64,000 bases of DNA from the NCBI GenBank assembly GCA_964592405.1, contig CAZQBY010000005.1:24703-88702 (forward strand), written 5' to 3'. Source of the stretch: an uncultured archaeon. Its GTDB lineage: Archaea; Altiarchaeota; Altiarchaeia; JAFGQM01. Below, one piece after another: positions 20,526-30,385 of this stretch (the first letter of the stretch is position 1; each line of letters opens with the position of its first letter). The notes under the pieces are model-generated. The model was not told the DNA's origin, ran no database searches, and saw only the letters and a program-made list of their open reading frames with translations. The position numbers were made by a program, and so were the translations under genes.

Positions 20526-20828
20526 CTTTGACATTATATTACGGAGAATGGTCTTTCCCCTCTCAAACTCCTCAATTCCTGCCTCTGTAATGTGATAATA
20601 CTTGCGATTGCGGCCATCCACATGTTTGTCTATTTTCCGGACAAGACCCCTATGCCTCAGGGAATACAGAACACGATAAGCCGTCACGTTGCCTGGCTTG
20701 AAACCAAAACGCTTGGCTATGGCCCCTCGCAGTTCATAACCATACATGTCCCCCTCTCTGAGCAGAGAGAGTATGTAAAGCCAGAGATTCTCCTTCGTAA
20801 GCTTATGCATAAGACGTTTGGAAGACAT
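20520..20828 (-). CDS. PadR family transcriptional regulator
   Basis: MYGYEL, YRVLYSL...GLV and RKYYHITEAG. Confidence 0.92.
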   Translation of the reverse strand: MSSKRLMHKLTKENLWLYILSLLREGDMYGYELRGAIAKRFGFKPGNVTAYRVLYSLRHRGLVRKIDKHVDGRNRKYYHITEAGIEEFERGKTILRNIMSKL

Positions 20829-20870
20829 GGTTTATTATGATTTATAGACATAAAACTATGTGAAATCCTG

Positions 20871-21563
20871 ATGGCGAAACTAGGGCAGCATGTCATGGTT
20901 GATAAGCGGGTTTTGGAGAGGATTGCGGACAGCGCACAAATCAGAAAGGGCGACAGGGTGCTGGAGATTGGAGCAGGAGATGGCATTTTGACAGAAGAAC
21001 TTGTAAACAGGGGCGCCCATGTAATTGCAATAGAGATAGACGGGAGACTGTTTGAAAGTCTTAGGGCGAGGTTCCCCAGTCAGCAACTTATCAATGCTGA
21101 TGCCCTGCGGGTCAGGTGGCCGCCATTTGACAAGTGTGTTTCCAACCCGCCTTATTCTATTTCCAAGAAGCTTATACTCAAGCTACTCCAACACAATTTT
21201 AAACTTGGAGTTCTTACTCTCCAGAAAGAGTTTGCAGAGAAGCTGGCAGCAAAGCCGGGAGAGAAAAAATATGGAGTTGTATCTGTCTGCACACAGCTCT
21301 GCTGTGATATTGAATTACTTGGCAGGATTCCAAGAAATGCGTTCAGACCACAGCCGAAAGTGGATTCAAGACTCGTTCGCCTCACAACAAGGCTGAGGCT
21401 GGATACCGGCTTCCTCTCATTTGTAAGAGAAATGTTTCAAAAGCGCAACAAAAAAGTTGGTGCTAGAAGGGTCAGAGAGCTCAGGCCAGAGGATTTTTTA
21501 ACCCTTTACCAACATAATAAAACCCGGAGCAGACCGGCTCATTGCCAGTTCCCCAGCCTGTGA
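20871..21563 (+). CDS. rsmA: 16S rRNA dimethyladenosine transferase
   Basis: LGQH, VLEIGAGDG, IEID, SNPPYSIS, QKEFA and FRPQPKVDS. Confidence 0.95.
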   Translation: MAKLGQHVMVDKRVLERIADSAQIRKGDRVLEIGAGDGILTEELVNRGAHVIAIEIDGRLFESLRARFPSQQLINADALRVRWPPFDKCVSNPPYSISKKLILKLLQHNFKLGVLTLQKEFAEKLAAKPGEKKYGVVSVCTQLCCDIELLGRIPRNAFRPQPKVDSRLVRLTTRLRLDTGFLSFVREMFQKRNKKVGARRVRELRPEDFLTLYQHNKTRSRPAHCQFPSL

Positions 21564-21812
21564 TTCAAAAGAAACAGTAAAAAATCCTCTAGATACCCCT
21601 CCACTCCGTATGCTCATCAATATCCTTTGTGTATGTGGGTCCCCCATCTGTGATTGGAGGCAGTCTGACCAAAACAAATTTTTGAAAGTGATTAAAAATT
21701 ACCAACAGCGAAGGGCAGAAGCTGAGCATTGGTTAAATATCTATAACATCAAGATATAGTTGGTATAGTTTGTGATGCCTATCAAATTTTTCATCTCTAT
21801 AATCTCTATATA

Positions 21813-22376
21813 ATGGTTGAGATAATCCAGATCGAAGAGACCCGCCCTTCTTCCATTGCGGAGCGCATAAGGGGGGGTGAGGTGTTCATATACCCGACGG
21901 ATACAGTCTATGGCATAGGCTGCGATGCATTCAACAAAGATTCAGTGAGACGCATATTCAGGATAAAGCAAAGACCCAGGAACAAACCGCTATCGGTGGC
22001 CTTTTGCGACATTGACCAGCTCCTCCGTTGCGTCTCCCTAAGTAGTGGGCAGGAAGCGCTTCTCAGGAAACGGTTGCCCGGACCATATACATTTATAGTC
22101 ATGAACAGGACAATACCAAAGATTGTAACCGGTGGGCTGGATACAATCGGTGTCAGAATTCCTGACTACGGGCTGGTGAGAAGGATAATCCGGGAGGCAG
22201 ACACGCCAATAGTAACAACCTCGGCTAACATCTCTGGGGAGAGGGCACCCGACTCCCTCCATGAGATATCATGCGATCTTCTCAACAGAGTTGATTTTGT
22301 AATTGACGCCGGGAAATGTGAACTTGGCAGACCCTCGGAAGTCATAGACCTGACAACCGGCAGGAGGCTGCGCTGA
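21813..22376 (+). CDS. tsaC: Threonylcarbamoyl-AMP synthase (single-domain TsaC/YrdC type)
   Basis: YPTDTVYGIGC, KQRPRNKPLS, PGPYTF, GVRIP and TTSANISG; no C-terminal SUA5 domain. Confidence 0.93.
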   Translation: MVEIIQIEETRPSSIAERIRGGEVFIYPTDTVYGIGCDAFNKDSVRRIFRIKQRPRNKPLSVAFCDIDQLLRCVSLSSGQEALLRKRLPGPYTFIVMNRTIPKIVTGGLDTIGVRIPDYGLVRRIIREADTPIVTTSANISGERAPDSLHEISCDLLNRVDFVIDAGKCELGRPSEVIDLTTGRRLR

Positions 22377-22433
22377 AGATTCCTATAGTATCCGCGATCC
22401 GGACTTTTTACTCCTGCCGGATAAACTAATGAA

Positions 22434-23849
22434 ATGGCTCTGAGCTCGGTATTGAGGAAGGTTGATGAAAAAAAGGGCAGTATAATAAAACTGAAGGAAA
22501 AGGCATCCATCTCACATTTCAGGAGAGAGAGATCCAAGACCGGATTTGAGGTCGAATTTTTGCTAGTCGACGGCAAAGGGCGCGTGTCCAACAGGGCAGA
22601 CTCTGTCATCAGGCATATAAAAGACAACAGCATAGCCAATGAAGTCATAAGGGAATGTTGTCATTCCTATATTGAGATGGGGGTATATCCGAGGATATAC
22701 GTGCGTAATGTGGCAACAAAGTTCCTTGGAGATATGCTTAGTGTCCTGGATGTTGTCGAGGGACTGGGCCTGCAGATATTCCCTTTGGCCATGTATCCTT
22801 ACAATTACAGGCCAAAGATGAGATGTGATGGGTGGTATGGGCTCAAGAAAAAAATCTTCGGCAAAAAGTGGGAATATGCCGGCAGATGTGCTGGCTTCCA
22901 TCTTCATTATTCATTACCCAAGGGGATATTCAGTTATGAGGACCGCCATCTGGTCAAAGATGCACTGCAATCTGAGAAGGAGAAGACTCTGAATTCCTAT
23001 AATTTTGCAATTGCAATCGACCCGGCCCTGACAGCATTCACACAATCCTCACCACTTTTCAACGGAAGATTTCTGGGCAAGGATTCAAGATTGCTCCTAT
23101 ACAGAGGAGGTAAGACTCTGGGATACGATGGCCTCTATACTGACTATCCGCTGTTTGGTGCACTGTCGGGTTACATATACAGCTACGAGGATCTCATAGA
23201 TCTGGTTTCAATGCGCCATCGGGAGTGGCTCAGGATTGTCAAAAGCGCTGGAGGGGATGTAACCATCCTGGAAAACAAAAACAAACTGGATTTTGCTTGG
23301 AACCCTGTGAAGATAAACAAGGTTGGATCAATAGAATTGCGCAATATGGACATGAACATGCCCTCAATTTTGATGGCAGTGGCAGTCTTGGTGAAATACG
23401 CTTTGAGGGATATCCAGAGGGAGGGACTGAGGGTTGTGCCGGACATCCTAGCTATAGACGAACCATTCAGATTTGAGGATGATACCATATATATCCCCCC
23501 ATTCAGACATGTGAGTGATAGGTTACAGAAGGGAGTAGCACTGGAGGGATTTGAGAACGATCTGGTTTATGCCTACTGTAAGAGGTTTTTTGCATTATGT
23601 CTGCATTTCGTTAACAGGAAGTATTATCCGGTCCTAAAACCTATTAAGGAGATGCTTAAGGGGAGAAAAACAGTCTCTGATGAGATTATAAACATGATAA
23701 AAAAGAGGGGCCATGATTGCAGAGGGGAGGTGCCTGAGCAAATCCTGAGGGAAATTGTTCTTTATTACTCAGGGAGACTTAGGCGCGATATAAACAAAAC
23801 AAGAAGGCTTATGGAATCCCTGACTGAGGAGGAGCGCGTCTGGCTCTAG
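22434..23849 (+). CDS. Glutamate-cysteine ligase family 2 (GCS2)-like carboxylate-amine ligase
   Basis: GFEVEFLLVD, YIE, GFHLHY, SSPLFNG...DSR and IELRNMD correspond to GCS2 motifs. Confidence 0.75.
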   Translation: MALSSVLRKVDEKKGSIIKLKEKASISHFRRERSKTGFEVEFLLVDGKGRVSNRADSVIRHIKDNSIANEVIRECCHSYIEMGVYPRIYVRNVATKFLGDMLSVLDVVEGLGLQIFPLAMYPYNYRPKMRCDGWYGLKKKIFGKKWEYAGRCAGFHLHYSLPKGIFSYEDRHLVKDALQSEKEKTLNSYNFAIAIDPALTAFTQSSPLFNGRFLGKDSRLLLYRGGKTLGYDGLYTDYPLFGALSGYIYSYEDLIDLVSMRHREWLRIVKSAGGDVTILENKNKLDFAWNPVKINKVGSIELRNMDMNMPSILMAVAVLVKYALRDIQREGLRVVPDILAIDEPFRFEDDTIYIPPFRHVSDRLQKGVALEGFENDLVYAYCKRFFALCLHFVNRKYYPVLKPIKEMLKGRKTVSDEIINMIKKRGHDCRGEVPEQILREIVLYYSGRLRRDINKTRRLMESLTEEERVWL

Positions 23850-24958
23850 GATAGAAAGCTGCGAGTGAAACCAATTATTGCTTCTGTCGCCTTTACCATC
23901 CCGGGTATTAATGCATATTCTCCTGGTTTGTGAGCCTGATTATTCTCACCGGGGCCAAATATTATAGCGGGGGTACCTCGTCTGTAGAAATACTCTGAGT
24001 CTGCCCTTCCCAGTGCTATCATCACCTCAACATTCTCTCCAAAACTTTTTTGGATGCTCTCCTGAAAGGCTTTGACAAATCTTGAGTCCTCATCAAGGAA
24101 ATAGCCAGGAGAGAAATAGGGTATCTCCACATCTGCCCTCACACCAGACTGTTTAATGGCCCTCGTAATCTTGCTTTTGACATCCTCCCTCCCGGGAAGT
24201 GTCCTGTAGTCCACAGTGACCTTGCAGAGCGAGGGTATGATGTTGGTGGCGGGTGAGTTACTATTTATCCCGACTATGGAAAGCGTTTCTGGCAGTTCCC
24301 TGCCAAAGTAGTGGCCCCTGAGCAGGTCGTGCTCTTTCAGATGCTGCACAAGCTTCACTGCCTCTTCTATTGCATTCTTTCCAGTATGGGGCCTAGATGA
24401 GTGTGTGCTCTTGCCTCTGACATCTATCTGCAGTATCATCCTCCCCCTGCATCCAGCTGATATCTTGGGAACCCCTTTATACATGGTTGGTTCGAGCACT
24501 ATACAACCATCTGCCGTATAACGCTCTGCCGCGTACATACTTCCCTTCGGCAGGCGCCTGTTCTTCAGGACCGATTCCTCAGCTACAGTAAAGGCTAGAA
24601 TGAGCTTACCTTTCAGTTCTCTCTCGTCAATGCTCTTTGCAATCTCCATCATAGAGGCCACTCCGGCTTTGCAATCGGAGGCTCCCAGACCGATTATCCT
24701 GTTCCCTCTTATCTCACCAGAATATGGATCACTGTTATATCCCTGTGGTGGGACCGTGTCCAGATGCGCATTGAGCATAAGCGACTTTCTACCAGAGCCC
24801 AGCTCGGTGTAAACACTGCCAACTTCGTCAGTTATAGTCCGGATACCGAAACCCTCCAGGTCGTTCTGCACGAACCTTGCTATAGTCCCTTCACTGCCTG
24901 TGATGCTGGGAATGCGGATAAGCTCCTGCAGGGTCTTCACTAACCGCTTTCTGTCCAT
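23846..24958 (-). CDS. M20 family metallopeptidase/deacylase (ArgE/DapE-like)
   Basis: NAHLDTV, GLGASDCKAG, VAEE, LEPT, GKSTHSS and FGPG...AHKPGE. Confidence 0.92.
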   Translation of the reverse strand: MDRKRLVKTLQELIRIPSITGSEGTIARFVQNDLEGFGIRTITDEVGSVYTELGSGRKSLMLNAHLDTVPPQGYNSDPYSGEIRGNRIIGLGASDCKAGVASMMEIAKSIDERELKGKLILAFTVAEESVLKNRRLPKGSMYAAERYTADGCIVLEPTMYKGVPKISAGCRGRMILQIDVRGKSTHSSRPHTGKNAIEEAVKLVQHLKEHDLLRGHYFGRELPETLSIVGINSNSPATNIIPSLCKVTVDYRTLPGREDVKSKITRAIKQSGVRADVEIPYFSPGYFLDEDSRFVKAFQESIQKSFGENVEVMIALGRADSEYFYRRGTPAIIFGPGENNQAHKPGEYALIPGMVKATEAIIGFTRSFLS

Positions 24959-24997
24959 CGGACTGGTATTTTATGCTTAGTGGATGAAAAATAAGCG

Positions 24998-25062
24998 GTG
25001 ATGAAGCGAACAACCACTGAGGCTTTCGCAAGAAAGCCGGTGATGAGCCTTATGAGCACTGA
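24998..25062 (+). ncRNA. Box C/D sRNA with two guides (predicted 23S Um2552-equivalent and tRNA-Met Cm34)
   Basis: C box GTGATGA (24998), 12-nt guide, D' CTGA (25017), hairpin GGCTTTC-GCAA-GAAAGCC, C' GTGATGA (25040), 12-nt guide, D CTGA (25059); intergenic. Confidence 0.9.
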
Positions 25063-25089
25063 AAGTCATGCCTGTCGCAAGGTCCGCTT

Positions 25090-25842
25090 TCACATACCCT
25101 CTTCATAAAACCTTCTAAATGTAATTCCAAGCTCCCTGGAATCCTTTCCTTCTTTCCACTGCTTTTTGCGCTTCAGTTCTTCTATCCTCTCTCTTAGGGT
25201 CTGTCCAACCTGTATTAGGAATTTTTGTCTTACCCTGTATGGATAGTGCGGTTCCCTCTCCATCATCAATTCCATGAGGGCTGCTGGATAGGGATCTGCG
25301 AGATATTTTCGGCCACCCCATTCGAACATAACCAGAGAGTGCGGGGTATTGACATCCGATATGGTGCGCACATGCCTGACTCCTTTGGCTCCCTTGGCCT
25401 TTAGGGCGGCTATCAGGGCATCACACCCACTCTTACATCCCCATGCCGGATAAGGTTCTGTTCCCCTAGACCTTATGAATGGTGCAGGTATCCTCCCTGT
25501 TGTAAAGATATCATGTGCAGTTTGGTTATCATATACATGTTTTAGGACAGCCCTGTTTTTCTCCGGCGTGTAAAACCCACGAATCGATTCGATCATACGA
25601 TGGATTCCATCAATACTGTCTGGGAAGCTTCTTGCAAATTCCCTAACAGCACCGGTTACTCTTGTGGGATTCGTCATGCTCCTCAATAAACGTCTCCGCC
25701 CCTTTCCAGTTTTCTTAATAGCCCTCTCAGCTATATATTTTCGGCGGTATTGTGAGAAATAAGTGGAATACATCCTCTGGCGCTCATCTTTGCTCAGCGA
25801 CAGTCTTCTCCTCCGCTTCTCCGGTTTCTTCTGAGGTGTCAT
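25090..25842 (-). CDS. Basic hypothetical protein with a possible transglutaminase/papain-like Cys-His-Asp triad
   Basis: WGCKSGCDALIAAL, PHSLVMFEWGGRKYLADP; Arg/Lys-rich N-terminus. Confidence 0.65.
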   Translation of the reverse strand: MTPQKKPEKRRRRLSLSKDERQRMYSTYFSQYRRKYIAERAIKKTGKGRRRLLRSMTNPTRVTGAVREFARSFPDSIDGIHRMIESIRGFYTPEKNRAVLKHVYDNQTAHDIFTTGRIPAPFIRSRGTEPYPAWGCKSGCDALIAALKAKGAKGVRHVRTISDVNTPHSLVMFEWGGRKYLADPYPAALMELMMEREPHYPYRVRQKFLIQVGQTLRERIEELKRKKQWKEGKDSRELGITFRRFYEEGM

Positions 25843-25857
25843 TTCCTCTCACTATTT

Positions 25858-28173
25858 TCACCAGTCTGACAAGGACATCTGTCTGCCCATCCCCTTCAGC
25901 TCCTCCTCCTGATAGCCAAGTGCCTCCAATATGCGCATGACTGCTGGCAGGACCTGATTGTTGATGTAGTACTCGGCGTCGTAGTCGTTCTCGTCAACGA
26001 AGGCCAGCATCTCTGCCTTGTCGCTTATGGAAGAACCTTTTTTGGTTATGATGTACTGGATAACATCGCCCACCTGGACTTTTTTACCCCTTTTCTGGGC
26101 CTTTTTCGCTGCCATGACATGGGGGCCTATATTCTCATAGTCACCCAAAGAGCGTGTCAGTTGGGTGTGGATTATAAGATCCTTCAGGGGGACCCGGCCC
26201 TCCCGCAATTCCTGAACAACGCCCTTCACAATCTCCGCTGCCTTTTGCGGATTATTTTCCCACAGGATTGTGTTGAGGACGCGCTCCTGTGTCCTCTTGG
26301 CTATGGGGGCCCAGTCACGGCGCCTGGTTTCCAGCCCCCTCACCATCAGGCGCTTGTTGGAATCTATCAGTGCATACCTCTTTTTTGTTACAAAAACCCC
26401 CCTTGGATAATAACCCTCAAACTCCAGCTCCATGGCGGGCGGTAGTTTGCTGTTTATTTTTCTCAGGAAATCGTTTTTCATCTGTTCTAGTTTCTTTCTC
26501 ACCGGAAGGCCTGGTATGGAAATCATCAGACTGTCGGTATCTCCATACACAACATTATAGCCTTCCTTTTCCGCTGTCTTTATTGTATCCTTTATGTATT
26601 CTCTGCCCCATGCAGCAACCGAGCTGGCACACTCATTGTTATACCATCTTGCACGGGAGAAACCCATATATCCGTAAGCACTGTTGGCCAGAATCTTCAA
26701 TGCCTGCTGCCGGGCGTCCAGACTCTTTATCCTTGTCTCGTCGCCCTTTGCTTCAATAAGCTTCTTCAGTTCAAGTTTGACCTTGGCCCGGCTTTTTAGT
26801 ATCCCCTCCAAGAGCTCTGGTATGAGGCCCTTTCGTTTCTTGCAGAACCTTGCACCGTTTGGAGACACATGGGCATCGTCCTTGCAGCACTCGCAGTTTA
26901 TTGTTGAGGGATCAACATTATGTGCGATTATTATAGAGGGGTATAGCGACCGGAAATCAAAGACAAGGATGTTATCATGAATTCCCTTCTTTGGCTCAAC
27001 AACATAGGCTCCCTCATAGGTGTCCTTCTTCCGGCGGGCGTATTCCCTCTCATCCGGCTTTGACGGAACCAAAATCCCCTTGTCGTGCGCAATCTTCATC
27101 AGGAGCCACTCAATGGCATTGCCAGTCCCCATACGGGATACCTCAAATATCGGTTGACGTATAAGCTGGGCCAGCTCATATTGTGTCGGCAGGACCTCCA
27201 CAGCTATCCTCAGGCACGAATCCGCATCGGAAATAGCGTAATCAAAAACCATGTCAGTGTTCTCTCCCTTATCCCACCATTCACTTATCCTCTCAACATC
27301 TATGTCCGGCTTTTCTTCGTCAAAGAGTGCCCGGTGGACATCCTCAAGTGTGTAGCGTGGCAAATGGAACATCCTGCGACAGATTGGGTAGAGGTCTACA
27401 TGCGGTCTTCCAGTAACGCGCGCTCCCATCTCCATGCCCCTGCGCTCCAGCTTGACTACGTAATCTGCAGCCCCCATGTTCAGGGGAATACCAAGGGCCT
27501 CTGAACACTCCTTCAATACAGGAAAATCAAAGTTGTCACCATTATAGGTAACTAGCAGGTCTATACCCTGCTTCCTTACAGTGTCTATGAGAGCCTGTAT
27601 TATGGCCTTCTCATCAGAAAGGTTTTCAACAATACTATTCTTTGAATCATACTTGTAGTTCCAGACTTTCCGAAGACCTGTACTGTCCGAGTAACTTATG
27701 ACTATTGGCCGGGTTTTTCCTCCACTCTGGACGGTTTCAATATCAAAGGCAGCTATCCTGAGAAGATCATTACGCGCCCCCTTCATCGGAACCAGATCTG
27801 AATCTATGATATACCTCTGGACAAAACGTATGTCGTCCTCCCGCGTCTCAAGACAGTTTTTGAGTTCTGATATGCTGCCACGTATCTGTGGAACATTCCG
27901 CGGATGCCCAACGACTATTCTAATCACATCCACCTCATTTGTGATATCTGTCTTCCTGACTATCTCTGCCTTTTTGATCTGCGGAAAACCGGCAGATTCT
28001 ATTTCCCTGAGAAGGTCCTGCACGCTGGTCTTGGGCAGAGCAAAAAAATAGGGCTCAAAGCCCTGCACCTCTTTTATCTCCTTATCTCCACCTCTTTTTG
28101 AAGAGGGGTAAAAGAGCTCAATGACTGCCTTATCATCTTCAGTCTTGTATGCCGCATCGAGAAGGATGTCCAT
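25858..28173 (-). CDS. polB: Family B DNA polymerase (PolB3-like)
   Basis: Exonuclease motifs AFDIET, TYNGDNFDF and YAISD; polymerase motifs DFRSLYPSII, KILANSAYGY, YGDTDS and TKKRYA; no intein. Confidence 0.97.
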   Translation of the reverse strand: MDILLDAAYKTEDDKAVIELFYPSSKRGGDKEIKEVQGFEPYFFALPKTSVQDLLREIESAGFPQIKKAEIVRKTDITNEVDVIRIVVGHPRNVPQIRGSISELKNCLETREDDIRFVQRYIIDSDLVPMKGARNDLLRIAAFDIETVQSGGKTRPIVISYSDSTGLRKVWNYKYDSKNSIVENLSDEKAIIQALIDTVRKQGIDLLVTYNGDNFDFPVLKECSEALGIPLNMGAADYVVKLERRGMEMGARVTGRPHVDLYPICRRMFHLPRYTLEDVHRALFDEEKPDIDVERISEWWDKGENTDMVFDYAISDADSCLRIAVEVLPTQYELAQLIRQPIFEVSRMGTGNAIEWLLMKIAHDKGILVPSKPDEREYARRKKDTYEGAYVVEPKKGIHDNILVFDFRSLYPSIIIAHNVDPSTINCECCKDDAHVSPNGARFCKKRKGLIPELLEGILKSRAKVKLELKKLIEAKGDETRIKSLDARQQALKILANSAYGYMGFSRARWYNNECASSVAAWGREYIKDTIKTAEKEGYNVVYGDTDSLMISIPGLPVRKKLEQMKNDFLRKINSKLPPAMELEFEGYYPRGVFVTKKRYALIDSNKRLMVRGLETRRRDWAPIAKRTQERVLNTILWENNPQKAAEIVKGVVQELREGRVPLKDLIIHTQLTRSLGDYENIGPHVMAAKKAQKRGKKVQVGDVIQYIITKKGSSISDKAEMLAFVDENDYDAEYYINNQVLPAVMRILEALGYQEEELKGMGRQMSLSDW

Positions 28174-28277
28174 TTAAGGCCTTAGGATAAAGATTTTTAA
28201 TAACTTTACAACAGGATTAATATATACCACAACCACCGCTCTTGCCTTTTTATTTCACATAATATAAAAGAAGTGGA

Positions 28278-28595
28278 ATGAGCAGACGGGAGCATGGTGA
28301 GAAAAGAGAAGAGCGCAGACCTAAGGGGAAAAAGGGTGAACTGCAACGGCAGCTGGAGCTTGTTAGCAGTCTTGTCGAGCAGGTCAGGGCCATGGACTCG
28401 GAAATCGACCTTATAAAACAAAAAATCAACCTCATAATCAGAGAGATAAAAATCCTCAAACGGGCCGTCCTCGTGGAAAAAAAGGAGATCAAGGAGCTGA
28501 AAGTTGAAGAAGAGAAGGACAAGAGCCGGTTTGAGAGTATTCTTGGCATACTCAGGGGTTCAAAAGAGGGGGAAGAAGGGTCGGAAACCCCGTAA
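28278..28595 (+). CDS. Hypothetical coiled-coil protein
   Basis: 105-aa charged ORF with heptad pattern, filling the intergenic gap. Confidence 0.6.
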   Translation: MSRREHGEKREERRPKGKKGELQRQLELVSSLVEQVRAMDSEIDLIKQKINLIIREIKILKRAVLVEKKEIKELKVEEEKDKSRFESILGILRGSKEGEEGSETP

Positions 28596-28602
28596 CGGGC
28601 AA

Positions 28603-29766
28603 TCAAACTATCCTAATCTCTGCCGTTTCACCTATGAATTTTCTCTGTTTCCCATCGATCTCATAGGATATGGTAGCGCCCCTGACTTTTAATCTCCATC
28701 CAGCGTCAAGTGGTGGAATTTTCAGCGAGTAGGTTATAAACACTCGTCCACCGACATCAAGATCAAACTCCCACGTCAGGTTGTTGTCGGAGATGCTGAC
28801 TGGTTTTGGGGAAAACTCTGATGGAGATAACGCCTTTGGAGGAGAATCAAATACCATGACAGAAATTGGCGACTTTTCTATATTTGATACTATGATTGTG
28901 CGCTCAAGCTCATTTGTCTTTCCATGAACGGCAGTATCGCTGGATAAAAAGGATTTTATGGCAGACCTGCCGAACTGTGACCGAAAATATATCAGCAGGC
29001 CTATTATCAGTACCAGGGGCCCAAGTATAAGGGCTAATTTTACCGGCTCGAGGAGGCTGCTCTTCAAATCTTTTGCCCGCGCGATTAACCGGAATGCTTC
29101 ATCCGCAGTTTTATGGGCCTCTGCCAATGCGGGGCTGTTCTCATCAGGTTTTAAAGAGGGTATTTCTTCAGAGGCATCAACATAGAGGCTCCTTGCGATT
29201 TTGAATTTCTCCCTTGCATTATCTAGCATAGACAACATACTCGGCGTTACCTGCGATGTCCGCTCTATTAGATCCTTCAGGTTTTCCACACCCGTAACAC
29301 AAACTGAGGAGATGGATGCCGGAAGGAGAAGCACCTTATCATATACCTCTTCCAGCAGGGAATCTGCACTTTCGTAGTCCTGCCTTTCATAGGCTGCCTC
29401 TGAATCCGAGATTTTCTGGAGCAACGGCTCAATTTCAGCTTCTGCCTGCTCCACAGCGCGCGATTCCAGATTGGTTCTCATCTGCCCGATCAGATATTCC
29501 GACTCATCAAGAGATAAGCGAAGATCTGAGTATTTCCTTAGAAATCGCATCTGTGGAGTTGAGAGCTGATCCCTAAGGGCATCGAGCTCCTTGGTTATCG
29601 AGATTATTGTCTCAATATCCTTATTGGCACGTGCCAAATCGAGCTCCGCCTCCTTCTGGGTCATCTGTGATACCAACAGGGAGTAGGAGGATGTATCTAT
29701 CGAGGAGGCAGAAGCCTGGAGTAGCATCACGAGCAGTAGGGCCGACAGGAATATTTTCCCAACCAT
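28603..29766 (-). CDS. Hypothetical membrane protein (signal peptide, helical ectodomain, TM, beta-rich C-terminal domain)
   Basis: Signal-like MVGKIFLSALLLVMLLQASA; TM LALILGPLVLIIGLLIYF; Ig-like ending LTWEFDL...ITYSL. Confidence 0.72.
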   Translation of the reverse strand: MVGKIFLSALLLVMLLQASASSIDTSSYSLLVSQMTQKEAELDLARANKDIETIISITKELDALRDQLSTPQMRFLRKYSDLRLSLDESEYLIGQMRTNLESRAVEQAEAEIEPLLQKISDSEAAYERQDYESADSLLEEVYDKVLLLPASISSVCVTGVENLKDLIERTSQVTPSMLSMLDNAREKFKIARSLYVDASEEIPSLKPDENSPALAEAHKTADEAFRLIARAKDLKSSLLEPVKLALILGPLVLIIGLLIYFRSQFGRSAIKSFLSSDTAVHGKTNELERTIIVSNIEKSPISVMVFDSPPKALSPSEFSPKPVSISDNNLTWEFDLDVGGRVFITYSLKIPPLDAGWRLKVRGATISYEIDGKQRKFIGETAEIRIV

Positions 29767-29821
29767 TTTATTTTTATAGGGTCGCCATTAATTTAAACAG
29801 CCCTAAATTAAAACAAGTGAG

Positions 29822-30328
29822 ATGACCGGCCATGAGAGCGTCAGACATCTGGAGTGGTTTGACCATATGCTTGAGAGCACATTCACCATTGTTGCAGTAA
29901 TACTCTTTATAATATCCATTAGCCTTCTGATTCTTGGTCTGATAGAGCTGGTAAGGGGTTGGAACATTATGTTCGGCAGTCCTGCACTGGATCTCCTTGA
30001 GGAGACTCCATCAAGTGTATTGATAACCGGACTTGGTATGATTGTCATAGGGATAGCAGTACTTGACCTCACAAAATCCATACTGGACGAGAAGAGGGCT
30101 CAAACAAGGCAGAAGAATGCACAGGAAAGAGCCCGGGATTTCCTTACCCGTTTTCTGCCAGTAATAATCTTCGCTATTTCAGCAGAAATCTTTGTAAGGA
30201 TTGCTCAGGTAAGTTCAACAGTCCAGTCGGGCCTCTTCTTGGAGATGGCAATTGTGGGAATTGCCGTCGGGGTTATGCTGGGGGGGCTTGCGATATATCT
30301 TAGGATGACTGCAGCAGAGGGAAAGTAG
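29822..30328 (+). CDS. Four-TM membrane protein (PsiE-like)
   Basis: Four hydrophobic helices; IAVLDLTKSILDE and TRFL pattern. Confidence 0.65.
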   Translation: MTGHESVRHLEWFDHMLESTFTIVAVILFIISISLLILGLIELVRGWNIMFGSPALDLLEETPSSVLITGLGMIVIGIAVLDLTKSILDEKRAQTRQKNAQERARDFLTRFLPVIIFAISAEIFVRIAQVSSTVQSGLFLEMAIVGIAVGVMLGGLAIYLRMTAAEGK

Positions 30329-30385
30329 GCAGCAGGAGAGAAGCGGCTAGACTTCCCTTTCCAGCCGTATACCTCAGTTCTTAGA

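Noticed and set aside
21564-21812. Small unannotated gene between rsmA and tsaC
   Set aside because: Only ORFs under 50 aa on the minus strand, with no recognisable motifs.
25858-28173. Intein or inactivated PolB
   Set aside because: Normal length, and all exonuclease and polymerase motifs are intact.
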